Origin: Chrysomallon squamiferum
Taxonomy: Eukaryota; Animalia; Mollusca
Assembly (NCBI GenBank): GCA_012295275.1
Contig: CM022669.1
Location: 17,298,001-17,362,000, forward strand
Length of the DNA: 64,000 nt
Direction: 5' to 3'
Shown: positions 1 to 13,265 of the stretch, piece after piece
Layout: each line of letters starts with the position of its first letter
Numbering within the stretch: the stretch's first letter is position 1
The notes under the pieces: model-generated
Databases searched by the model: none
Told to the model about the DNA's origin: nothing
The model's input: only the letters and a program-made list of their open reading frames with translations
Position numbers and translations under genes: made by a program

Positions 1-282
1 GTTACCATAAATAAATAAATATTGTTTATGCACCGTTAAACAAGAACAAATGATGCAATACAAAAAAAACATAACAGCATGGTAGATTCAGCCTGCAGAA
101 CAAGAACAACCATTAAATATCATTCGTAAACATTAAGTGATTATCAAATACCTCTTGGAAGATAATTGTAAGCAACTGAAAAACACAAGTCCTAAGGGTC
201 AATGAACTTGATGACAACATAATTTAAGTGAATAATATAAAATAATGAGATAAAATAATGTTACACAAATAATTTCATACAC

Positions 283-317
<35 letters not shown>

Positions 318-461
318 AACTAGGCTCTGTTTTGCAGACTGTACGTTGCTTGCTTTGTTATTATTCAGAATTTACATTTGATTCAGATTATCAGATATTT
401 AAAAAAAAGAAGAAAAAAAAGTGAAGATGATGATCAAGGTTGCTCTTGCTGTTGTCATTAC

Positions 462-583
462 TGTGTATGTGTGTATTTGTGTGTATACATACATACATAC
501 ATAAATACATGTATGTATGTATATATATATATGTATGTATGGGTGTGTATATGTATATATATATACATACATGTATGTGTGTG

Positions 584-625
<42 letters not shown>

Positions 626-652
626 TAGATACATACATACAGACAGATAGAT
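462..652. repeat. Compound (TA/TG/CA/GATA) microsatellite
   Basis: Directly visible; explains the spurious YI/CV-rich ORFs at 378-790. Confidence 0.95.
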
Positions 653-1632
653 AAACAGAATTATGATAATCATTATCATCATTAATATTTTCAAATTTAG
701 AAACTTCAGTGAACTTTGTATTCTTTTATGAAATGCCTGCATCATACCAAAAATAAAATAAAATAAATATATAAAACACGCAAAAATCAAACTGTTTTTC
801 TAACATAGGTGGAAAAATCTTTAGTTACAAGACTGAAATGAAATTTCTATTTGCTAAACAAACTCACAAAATGTTTGCATATCCACAATCAAATTATCAG
901 TACACAACTTTTCTAAAAATTGCAGAACCACCATCAAATTTAGCTGATAATTATTTACAGAGATGTGCAAGGACAAGGTTGTGTGTCTTTGGTTAAGAAA
1001 TCATACCTGATGTCTGAATGGCTATGGGATCAATCTTCTACAGTGGATCCTTTGGATTATTTATTTTTTTATGATTATTTTATCAAAGGCCATAGTAATT
1101 GTTTATGTATCTATGGAAAGATGTACACATCAAATTCTGGTTACTTAACACAAGTGAATCATTGAATATAATAATTTTGTGTCTGTTGAAAGACGTACAC
1201 AACCAATTTTAGTTACTTATTCAATATGAATAGACAAAAAGATGACAGTGACAAGTTTTCTGTCTCATGCAAGAAATATATAAAAAGACATGTCTTACAC
1301 CTAAAACTTGTTAATAATAAAATAAACTCAAGTGTTAATAAACAAATATTTATTAAAAAAAAAGCTTTGAAAAAAAATAATTGATAAATTTATTAAATAT
1401 ATGAAGAGAAGTCTTTTTACATAATAACAAATACTTTTGTTTATGAGTTTTAATCTTAAATATGTTTGTGATATTAAACTGTTGCTATGTTTACTGTTAA
1501 TGAAAAAATATATATACTATTCATTTTAAAAATAGGAGTTTGTTATATATTCAATTAAGTAAAATACAAAAGAAATATATGTATATATACAAATAAAGAC
1601 ATCCCACCCTAAAAAACATGATAAAAAGTTAC

Positions 1633-1669
<37 letters not shown>

Positions 1670-3528
1670 TAAAATAAGTCTTTTTACATCCATGCTGGCT
1701 GGGATAGGATGAAAAATAACAGGATAACATTTAAGACAACACTTCAGATATTCCAGATCAGACAAAGATTTATAAAGCAAACATTCATAGAGGCAGAAAA
1801 TCAAATATTTGTCAAAACCAGTCACCTCTGATACAACTCGAACCCTGATCCCCTGCATGAGTTCTCAAGACCAATCTTCAATCTCAAAAACAACTCTTTT
1901 TTTTTTTGGTTGTTTGTTATTACTTTAATTAAAATTTAAAACTTTTAATCTTCCGATCATCACCGGGCACCACATCACTGAAGTGATTCTTAGACTTACA
2001 GAGTTCATTCTGCCATTTATAGGTTTTTTCTCAAGAAAGATAATTATTACGTTGGTGTCATTTCCAAATTGTTGAATGTTAATCTGGAGCCTATTTTGAG
2101 ACCTCATCCTAGGTCTTTAGGGCTAGAGACCATTTTGCAACAGAGCACTTTCAATAAACATTTCACACCTTAAGCCAGTGGATAATTTCCAGTCATGTTT
2201 TCTGGATTTAGATTAATTAAACTCTATCTTCTGTTGAGGCAAAAATAATTCAAAATTGCCCAGAGCAGGTTGCAACGAGAGTGCCGAGCTTGAACCAGGA
2301 ATCGGCTAAAATGAAACTAATTTGATCAGCTTCTGAGGGCACTTACACTACCAGAAGAGAAAATCGTCTGGATGTCTGGAGGAAATTTCTGTTGACAAAT
2401 CAAATGAAAGAACCCAAGGGGAAGCTTAATTCTGCAAAAGGACCAAAAACATTTTTATATATACTTTCTTTTTCTTTCTTTTTTTAAAAATACCTTCAGA
2501 AAACAGGTCAACAGCAATAAAGAAGACAAACTATTAAAAGTGTATCTCTGACATCAGCAAAATCTTCATTTTAGTTTTGATTTTGATTTTTATTCTTGTT
2601 TGATCTTTTTATCTTTACGTAGGGGTAACAGATCCAGGTTTCAGAAAAAAAGGAGGTGGCTAAAATTAATTTTTCTTTTGCTTGACATAGTGACAAATGG
2701 AAACTGACAAAAGAAAATGAATTTCAAAATTTTTGTTAATCAAAGGTTTGATGAATTTTGTAAACTGCACTTTAAATTTTGTTAAAATTCGGTTGAGACA
2801 AAAATAAATAAATATAAAAACAAAAAATAAAATTCAAATTAAAAAATAATAAAAATAATAATTATATAATAGAAATGTTACTGAAAGTATCAATTATCAA
2901 AATAATGACACCAAACACAGCAACAATAACAATAATAGTAATAAGATGAAAAACACTATTTAAAATTTTGAACATTTCCGTTCCATTATTTTCCATTCAT
3001 ATATATATATATATATGTATGTACTTGATTAAAATGTACTCAATTTCCAAGATAACAACATCTAAACAAAATAAAAAATAATAAGAAAAGAGAAAAAAGA
3101 AAAAAGAAAAAGAAAAAAGAAAGAAGAAGAAAAAAGAAAGAAAAATCTATCTTAAGTTTTCTTAAATACACTTTCTTGCAGACAATTACAGTAAGAAAAT
3201 TGAACAAAAAAATTCTTTGATGCAATAGGTTCAATATATTTTTACATGAGTTGTACTGTTTCATCTCTGCAGTTTTCTTTTTCTTTTCTTTATTTATTTT
3301 TAACTGTGGTTTTCTTATTTCTAGTTCTTGTTCTTTTTTTTCTTTTCTTTTTTTCCCCCAGAAGGTATAGGTTTACCAATTTTGTAACCAATGCCATTTT
3401 TTTTCAATCTTTACATTGCTATGTGTGTGGATATATGCATGTATGTATCTATGTACATATGTGCATGTGTGATTAGGTTTGTATGCTTACATATGATTAC
3501 ACAGACAATTGCATACACAACAAATATG

Positions 3529-3574
<46 letters not shown>

Positions 3575-4115
3575 TCCATTAATTCAACACTCAATGTTCC
3601 TACTGTGACTTCAGTAAATTTAAAATATCTCAGTTTCAAACTGACATAAGGGTGCCATAATTCCACAGTTTAATTGTCACCATTCAATACAATTTTATCC
3701 ATTTTTATTATCTTTTAACACAATTTTATTTAATATCATTTTTGACAATCACAGACAAAATCTCAGTAACAAATAGATCCACTGGGATAAGGAGCTACAT
3801 TAATGGCTATCAAGGTAGTGGTTTTTTTTTTTTATCTTTTTTAACCTTTTTTAAGATGGAGCTATATTTTTATGTATTAATACTTGGTCTAAGCATTATA
3901 TTTATCAGATCATAAAGGTACAATAGATCTCTGAAAGAAATTCATGTGGCTAAAAATAAATTTCACTTATTTATTTCTAAATGAATGAATTTTATTTAAT
4001 GACACAGTAACAATTTGATTTAATAAGAATAATAATAAGCAAAACAAAACTATCAGACTGTTTTGTTTCAGAAGATATTTGTCATTGATACTTCAACAAT
4101 GTGTTTTTAAAAATA

Positions 4116-4388
4116 CAAATTGAGCATCTTTATCAGAAAAGCTTGGGGGTCAGAATTATCTTAGATTTCTTGACTTTTCATATTTTGGAATATTATAAGG
4201 TAGCATGAGGAAGAACTAAAGTCTAAAGACAGAAACCATTTATATTTCATATACTCAGAGAGTTCTTTTATTCAATATTTTTGAAAAATGTTTCTGAATA
4301 ATGAAGCAAACATTAAAATATAAACTATTACAACCTTAGCTGTTAAAAAAAAGGTTTTTTGGTTTCAAAATTTGGGATACTTAAACAG
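4116..4388. mobile_element. Degenerate Tigger4/MER46-like MITE
   Basis: TA-flanked. Left end CAAATTGAGCATCTTTATCAGAAAAGCTTGGGGGTCAGAA and right end GGGATACTTAAACAG are degenerate inverted termini. They resemble, from memory, the Tigger4/MER46 end CAGGTTGAGYATCCCTTATCCRAAATGCTTGGGACCAGAA. Confidence 0.6.
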
Positions 4389-7300
4389 TATATTTATATC
4401 AGAATGAACAAATGAATGAATGATAAATACTGAACAACAACCGCATTCCATATATTATTTACTATTTCAGAGTGAATGAACATTTTCTAATAACATCTCA
4501 ACACATTTCTTTTTCTCATTTTATTCAGCTCAGCGACCACTAGACTAAGAAATGAACAGTTTATACCAGGCAAAAATGTCTCAAATTCAAGAAAGATTTG
4601 TTACATCAGTTAACGATGTTTTTATTTTGCCCATGTAATCATCAATCATTTTAACAAGGCAATTATGTCACACAACAATGATACAAGGTGTGAAACTGCA
4701 AACTATTATCGGTAACTCATGACTCAATGTCAGTCCAGGACAACTGTGCCTGAACCCTAATTGGTATCAGACTTACAGTGTCAACCATTTCACCATGTAT
4801 TAATATGATACTGGCTGATGAAACTGAACAATAAATAACAGAACACTTTTACAACAGTGGATTTTAGTGGATTTTCTTGCTTAATATGCTGATTACTTTG
4901 TATATTCATACAAATATTTAACTTTTAAATTCTATTTTTATGTCTTTCTGATATCAATATTTTGTTCTTTAAATAATTCCTTTACCCTTCTTTGACATGC
5001 ACTATCTGAAATATTTTTTGTGCTTGGATGTCATTAATTTATTCAATATTTTGCTATTTGGGTTTTTCTACATTAGATTTTGTTTGTTTGTTATTTGTTT
5101 TTGTTTGGGTTTTTTGGGGGGTTTTGGGCGGTTTTTTAACTTCAAAATATATCTTACTGTAGAAATTTCACCAGTAACAATCTTGTAAAAAAATAATTTT
5201 GTTTAATTTCATTATAATCTTTAGTGGCATCTGTTATGTGAAATTCTCACTCCAGTGAGATAAATAAACAAATTGTTTAATGGCTTCTTTGTTTAGACTA
5301 ATTGTTCAAGAATGGTTTAATGGGCTGGGGTTTTTTTCATTAATTTTCTGAATACACTTAATGTCAGCTAGCCATTTTTTATAATAAGATAACAATGACT
5401 GATTTGGTCTTTTAAATTCAATACTGCTTTAACAAAACATGAAATGTAACTTAGCAAACTACTTAAATTTAATCCAGTTCTTTTAAACTTAATTCTATAA
5501 TCACAGCAATAGTTTTTCTATTATTTATTTATTTTTATTTTGTTTTTAATTTAATGTTTTATGGTGTGTTTTTTCATTAGCTTCATTCTATTTTTGCAGA
5601 AAACAAACCAAAAATACAAAAACAAAAAAAATAAAAACAACTTCAGTAACATTTTTTTTTACTACTACCATTACATGTATTTAAAAAATAAAAATAATAA
5701 TTAAAAAAAAAAAAGAAAAACAAATGTAAAACAAAACCAAAAAGGAATAATGTGGTTTTAAAATGAATTAAAGAATGTAAGTAATTTGCTTAACACTTTG
5801 CAGAAATATATATATATAAAAAAAAAAAAAAAAAGTGTCTGTATTTCTGGTTTGGTTATTTAATTATAAAAAGGAGTAATAAACATTACTTAATTTAACA
5901 TACAACCATGAATGGTCTTGATGTTCCAAACAAATGAACAGTTATGTTAGAACTGGCAATAATGAGATTTTCCAAATCATAGGATTGTATAACCAATTTA
6001 GCACTGACATTGATAGCAATTTAAAACTATACGCATGCAATTTAACTCCATTAGTATTGGAAGTGAAACCAGTCACTGATAAACTAAAATAGAGTTATTT
6101 AGTTAATTAAATGAGTTTTCAAAATTTCACCTTGTCTTTTTGTTTTCTTTTATCTTTTTTTTTTTTTTTCTTTAATTATTATTCTTTTCTTTTTTTTAAA
6201 TAAAAGAGACCTTTTTAAGGTTAAGATTGTCATCTGATTTTAGATGTAAAGTTTGTCTGAATTATGATAAATTAATGAATGAGCAAATAAAAAATAAGTT
6301 GTTAATTTAATATATCACACCTTTTTACATACAATACATTTCTAATATAATGTTGGTACAAGAAAGGAAATCACTACATTCAGTCTAGTGTTGACAGTCA
6401 GCAGTGAGGAATTGTCTATTGTGATGCCAGAAACACTTAACAGCACTTGGCTAAATCACTCATGAGTAACAGGCAGGAATGAAAAACAGCCCAGCATGGA
6501 GGAAGAGTGAAGTAATACGTTCTGTTACATGCCCGAAGTATGGTCCAAATTTCATCATTAATGAACTAGTGCAATTTTGCCCAACTTTATATCTTTTGAA
6601 TACGTATGTCATAAAACTGTCATCAGCTTGGAGAAATAGCTCATAAAATCTCCACATCAGTAAGGTCTCATTAAAATAATAGCTCTTGAGTTCATCATTT
6701 TTAGAAGCTATAAATGAAAGCCCACAGTTTCCATGTGAAAAAAATTTGTAAAGCAAGTGGACTGAAAAATTCCTCTATCATCTCAACAACTGTCAGATGC
6801 TTCTATCAAAAAAAATTAAATGAAACTTCCAACGAAAAAAGAAGCAGGAAAGTCATCCTTTTATAGATTATCATTCAAGAAATTATTTGTCTTGGAAAAG
6901 ATTTGGAAAGAAATTATTCACATTGTTATTACTTGAAAAAGTTTACATGAAGACGTTTTTAAAATGTGAAATTCCTGTATTGGAAAGTCTTTTCAACATA
7001 AATTCAATTGAAAGGATATAGAATTGACTAATCTGAGTCTTTCAGAAATTGCAATTTTCCTTTAAAACCAAACTGCAGCTTATACAATTATTTTGTATAA
7101 ATTAATATACTGTTTCTATCATTACATTATTAACTGTTTCAATTTTGGTATTTTGTTTTCTCATTTCTGCTTTCATTGTCAAAACTTCATCAATACAATC
7201 AGGTCTTTAAAGATCATTAGGATAATAAAATCAGGAAAGTTTTTATTTACCTTAAATTATTCCAATTGGTTCTTCTTTACAAAGAAAATGATGGAGCTGG

Positions 7301-9148
7301 CATATTTAATGTAAGAATAGCATAAGAAATATATTATGTCATTCTAGTTTTTAAGCAATATATGATAATAAATGATCAGAAGACAATAAATATATTACAA
7401 GATTCTGAACATCAACCACTTTTGTGTTGTTTTTATTGTTGTTGTTGTTGTACTCATTGTTGTTTTGGATTTTTGTTCTTTAAATCCAAGAAATAAGACC
7501 TTTATTTATCATAGTGCCATTGATTTATATGTCATTGTTTACAGTTACCAAGAACTTCAACTGAGATGGCCAGATTAATATTAAACCCAGCTGAAGGTTA
7601 ATGAAAGCAAATATAGTAAAAAACACATTTTCTAATATCACTTTACTATTTAGAGTATACCAAAACAAATTAATCCATCTGGGAGAAAAAAAAGAAAAAT
7701 ATATAAATGTACTTTTGTAAATAAACATAAGAAACATGAAGCACAGTATTTTCGTTAATCATTATTTTTCTCATTAAAGACCATTTACATGTCCAAGTGT
7801 TTGATGATCATTTACGATTCTCCTGACAGACAACATCAAAGACTGTTAATAACAAGTTAGGTATTTTCCATTAAACTAGAAACTGTTATTCTCTCCTTTC
7901 ATACTGTTATTACAAAACATTTATTACTTTTCTGAATAGCAAAGCCTTCTGTTATCTTAATAAAGAAATTATTTTTGATAAAAAAAAAAAAAAAAAAAAA
8001 AGAAAACTCATTATGTACAAACAACACGGCCATCAAACGAGCAAACGACATGTCCAATATGCCATGTTTCATTAAATAAGAAACCGTTCTCTTATCCGTT
8101 TCTTTTTAATACATTCATCATTTCAGGACAAAATCACCAGGTTTTCCTAATATTTTAATAATTATATTAAATTTTGTAATAACAGCCCAGAGTCTCTCTG
8201 TGATTAGAGATACCAGCGTAGTGAAATCACGACTGTCGTGTCTGGGTGCTTCGTAATACATAGTGTGATAGCAAATCATTAACCATTAATGGCAGCTTGG
8301 CAACAACGACAACAGGAAAAGAAAAATGGCCCACATCCTCGCCAACATTTCATTAAGAGGATAACATGCTGTGTCTTCTCTTACCCTGTGGTTAGTTGTT
8401 GAGCAAGGAGACGTAACATGAAGATTGGAGACTTTGAAATTTTCTAAGAAAATACTGGTTGTGTGAAGATCATAAAGAAAAATATCAGGTTATATCAGTG
8501 AGTTTGTGTGCTTGCTATTACTGGCAGCAGTAGCTTCTGTCCAGTTTGAGAGTTTAATTTCAGTTTGCATAATGCATAAAATAAAACAAAATGCAGAGAG
8601 ACAAGATTGAGTTTGATTTCACTCTGAATAAATCCAAAAAGAGAAAAAAAGACATTTGTAGTAACACTGATAATTGTGTTGTTTTTAAATTCAGTAATGA
8701 AAAAAAAAGAAAAGAAAAAAGCAAAGGTTTTACAATCAGAATGGAATACTTTAAAGCTTATGAATAATAAGTACTTTAAGTGCTGGATTTAAAATTCTAA
8801 TTAAAAAAATAAAAATAAAAAAAAACTATAAAAAAAACAACACCACCTCTGTCAACACAAAATATGGGTTTTACAATTTAGATGGAATACTGAAGGGATA
8901 AGAAGTACTTTAAGACCCAGATTTAGAACAGCTGGCCTAACAATACAGTGACTTTTCAATTAACCTAACAAATGCCACAACATCCTTAAGTTCAAGATTA
9001 TTTTGATTTTTTCTTAATTTATTTTGTTATCCACCTAGGAACATAAAGCATAATATTTTTTACAAAACAGAACATATCTATATCCTATCTTCTTTTTATA
9101 AGAATGCCAACATTCATTCATTCATCCATCCATCCATCCCACTACAGG

Positions 9149-9222
9149 AGGAATACTAATACATTATATTAATAAATATCTAAAAGGAATACTAATACAT
9201 TATATTAATAAATATCTAAAAG
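9149..9222. repeat. Exact 36-bp tandem duplication
   Basis: AGGAATACTAATACATTATATTAATAAATATCTAAA occurs twice, head to tail. Confidence 0.9.
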
Positions 9223-9824
9223 CAATATAAAACATGTTAATTTAAGTTTTCTTTTCTTAATATAAATAATATTTATTTATCTACACATACACATAAAAAG
9301 AATCTGTATTAAACATGATACTTGTATCTACATAATGTACCTATTTTTCTTTTTATAACAAAGGCAGTATTTATTTATTTATTTATTTCTAAAGATATCT
9401 GTATATAATTTTTTCACTCTAATAATTGATACTTCAGTACCTACGAAGTTAAAACTGAACTGATGTGAACAAACTTGTGATAATTATTTAAAGATCTATG
9501 TCAGTTCTACATTCTAGAATCTGTGAGAACCTCAGCACTGTTAATAAATAATTTATGATTATATGTCTAGCCCTAGGTGAAAAACTTACAAGTTCTGTTT
9601 CAATTTTTAATTTATCTCTGTTCACATTATTTATTACCTCCAGTTAGAATAGAATATATTTCTGTATATCTGATTTCTGTATATTGATGTCAGAGACAGC
9701 TTTAGTTAATAATTTTATATACAACAAGAGCATTAAGAAAAATCCTTTAAAAATTTGTAAAATAAATAATGTATTTTCTGCATGTTACATAAGCTAGATT
9801 TTAAATTGATATTCTAAAAATCCA

Positions 9825-9826
<2 letters not shown>

Positions 9827-9873
<47 letters not shown>
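9827..9873. repeat. (TA)n microsatellite
   Basis: Directly visible. Confidence 0.95.
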
Positions 9874-9876
<3 letters not shown>

Positions 9877-10529
9877 TTTTTTTTTATCTAGTATTTTGCT
9901 AGATTCACAATTAGATTTTTTAAAACAGAAAGAATTCTGTACATCTTCTTTGACAAAACCAATAACTGTGCTGTACACTTAAAACTTCTTGGATGCCTTT
10001 AAAGCGGTAAAAATACAGTGAGGTATAAATATATTATGAGGCACCCAGTCATGTCTGTCCAAGAGGAATCAAATTCTTGCCTCTGGATGGTAAACTCAGC
10101 TGAGCAGGGAAGAGCTAATATATAGAGAATCTCTGTTATTGTCAATAACAGTTTATAAAAAAGGTATTATTATTGTTATTACTAAGGAAATGTTCATGTG
10201 TCGGGTGGGTTTGTGATTAACTATGTCACAAGGTACTTGCTATTTATGTGACAAGATTGGAACTTTCATCTGAATGGATAATATGTTTGCTATAAAATAT
10301 TTTACAATAATAAAGAGTTCTATTCGAAGTTTTTAATTACTGTTACTGTGTACTTGTAAACAGTTTATTAATCAATTTTATAAAAGCATGAATTGTATGC
10401 AATTGATGATGGAAAATTACAGTTTTGTTAAAATCTCTCTGCTGATGTTACTGCTTACAATTACATTACTAGCATGAATGTTGATTATTAACATCAGTTC
10501 ATTATTCCTGAGATGCTTTTTTCTATTAT

Positions 10530-10752
10530 GAGAGAGAGGCGGTGGGATATACAGACAGACTGAAAGAAAGAAAGAGAAACAGGAGATAGGAGACACAGAG
10601 AGAGAGCAAGAAACAGATATTATAGTGAAACATGGAGATGAGTAATTAACAACTTCTTATAGATATACATAGAGAGAGAGAGAGAGAGATGAGAGCGGGA
10701 GAGAGAGAGGGAAAGAGAGAGAGGGAGGGAGAGAGACAGAGAGAGACAGAGG
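10530..10752. repeat. Imperfect (GA)n purine tract
   Basis: Directly visible. Confidence 0.85.
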
Positions 10753-12459
10753 CACAGTAATATTGTTACAGAGATATGTTTCTAAAAAAAAATAAATAAA
10801 TAAATAAATAAAAATAAAAAAAAAATAATTTCTGATCCATTATAATTTTATCGTTCATACCTCTTTCTGATTTTCATAGAACACATCAAGCGGTTCATAT
10901 TTTGTCCCGCGATAGTCGGGTATCCGAACATTTCCTCCAATAGCAAACATTGTGGCGTATACTGTATCCATTCAAATACAAATGTGTCTTTAACAAAAAA
11001 AATTATAACAAATCAGGCTTGTTCTGTCTATGTGACCATTTCCATTATTGTAGCAAACGTCACTATTATGGCAAAATGAAACAAGTAAACAACATCTCCA
11101 TGAGCAGTTACGTTATATTCGACTTTCAGCACTGCTGAATCTTGCGTTGTTACGTGGAACTAAGTTCACGTACTGTGCTTTGTAACCAACTCAGTTATAC
11201 AAGGCATATCCATTAACTGGCAAACAATACACATCTGTTGTTAGCATTTATGAAATCGTATCCATGAAGATTTTTCTATTTTTGTGCAGTCGCTGGCACT
11301 GAGTAAAGTAAATCATTTTCCATGGTGTTAATTCTTGCTTAATAACGCATCTAGCAATTTTCCACTCCTTCCCAAAAAAAAAAAAATAAAACTTCTCTAA
11401 GGGAAAAAACTATTAGCTCATGAAGTTAACGATAATCAATGAGCAAAGATTTCCAATTAAATACAGCTGATTACTTCACAGATCTGTAGAGAGAAAAAAA
11501 TATATATCTGTCATGCTGGACAGCTTGGGATGAAAAACTTTGAATATAAATTTCATGCGTAAAAGATTTCTTTTTCAGACTGTTTTGACTTATAATGCCT
11601 TCCCAAAAATGACTGTCAAAATACTGGCACAGAATATTTCTTTGGTTTTTCTGTTAGATGAAAGATAATTCTATTACTTATTATTCTCACACATTTCTAT
11701 CAACTGTTGAAACTGAAGCACAAGTTTTTATTTTTTGTTCAGATGAATGATGTCAATACCTTCTCCTGAAACATTTCTAATAACTCAAAATCTGAAACAA
11801 TTCAAAAAAAAAGAGTTGCTTTTCCTTCATGTGAATAACAAGTTTGTCGTTCCTCAAGCATTCGTCTCCAAAAATGCTAAATGTGAAAATACTAAAACAA
11901 ACTTTTATTTCTTATATTCCTTCAGATGAATGTTTGATTACTCCTCCTCAAACAAACTAACATAAATTACATTTCCTCAGTAAAATTATATTTAGCATTT
12001 GTATGGGCTTTTTTTTGTGTTTTTTTTATCAAGCCTTTCCAACTTCTCAAACATTCCAGGGGCAAGTTTGTTGTGTGAAAACACCTGTTAGTTGCACTTG
12101 TGTTGGATCACTAATTGTAGCAGATCATTGTTTCCAAGCCCTGTTGATTGGACTAGGCTAGGAGACTCGACTTGGCACAGCCAGTCCCACTAGAGAAGTA
12201 TTGTACTGTGTATTGATTATTCTTCTAATTCGTCTTTGTTATTTGATGTGCAGAAACATGAACTGATTCCAGCACTGGTGCTACTTTTCAGCAAGCGGTC
12301 TGCTTCAAACATTATCCATGAGAGAATTCAACATCAAATTAAAAAAAAAAAAATTCTACAGATAAAATTTTCAAAAAAAAAAAATGAATGTACAATAATT
12401 TTTTATTTTTTGTTTTTGTTTTTGGCATGGATTGTAGTTTATTCACTATCTTCATGTCC

Positions 12460-13265
12460 AAAGATGTCATAATAACTGCATTAAAATATTAGATACAAAA
12501 ACTAGTGATATGATGTTTATCAAAGTGTAAACTGTAAAGTCAGTGAAGAATTGTTAAGCCAACAGTAATTAAAGGTGGGTTTTTTTTTTTTTTTCAACAA
12601 TCAAGTTTAAAGATGACATAGTAATTGCATTAGATACAGAAACTAGTTTTACAAAGTTCATCAGAGTGAAAATTTTATAAACAACAACTGGTATGAAAAT
12701 ATTTCTAGAATCTGTAAAATAGTTTTTAAAAATAAGCTAACTGTAACTGAAAGGGTTTTTTTTTTTTTTTTTTTTTAATACTGATGTCCGAAGAAAACAG
12801 TTGCATTTCCATATAAAATAAAATTTAAACAAAAAGTTTTATCAAGTGGAAACTTTGTGATCTGCCATTCAGGGATAATTTATTCTAAAAATTTCTGAAT
12901 GCATAAAAAAATAATAAATAAAATAAAATAAAATAAAACTAAACATTAATTCACGTTACTTTCTCCAGCAAAGACATCAATAGATAGTAAAATAATTGCA
13001 TTACAATATTAGATACAGTAACAAGTCTGATCACATTTATCAAGCTGGTAACATTTTAAACAATCAATGATTAATGTTATTCTAACAGGTCTATGATGCT
13101 TAAAACAAAATAAATAAATAAAATAAAATGTTAATTGAAATTTTTTACCCCCAACATTGTTATACCTGAATAACAATATTAGAAACAAGAACTAGATTTA
13201 TTAAGTTTATCAAAGAGCAAACTTCATAAACAATCAATCAAAAATTGTTATGCTGACAGTTCTGT
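12460..13265. repeat. Old tandem repeat, about five copies of 150-190 bp
   Basis: Motif TTGCATTA(CAATA)TTAGATACAGAAACTAGT...TTTATCAAAGTG recurs near 12476, 12624, 12800, 12995 and 13170. Confidence 0.7.

Noticed and set aside
378-790. Four overlapping YI/CV/HT-rich ORFs
   Set aside because: Translation artefacts of a dinucleotide microsatellite.
8383-8387. cacag|G|gtaaga, a possible 1-nt exon or recursive site
   Set aside because: Frameshifting, and the branch-like CTAAC is too close to the AG. No supporting pyrimidine tract.
12149-12189. Short hairpin GGACTAGGCT...AGCCAGTCC, a possible miRNA
   Set aside because: Stem too short for a pre-miRNA, and no recognised mature sequence.
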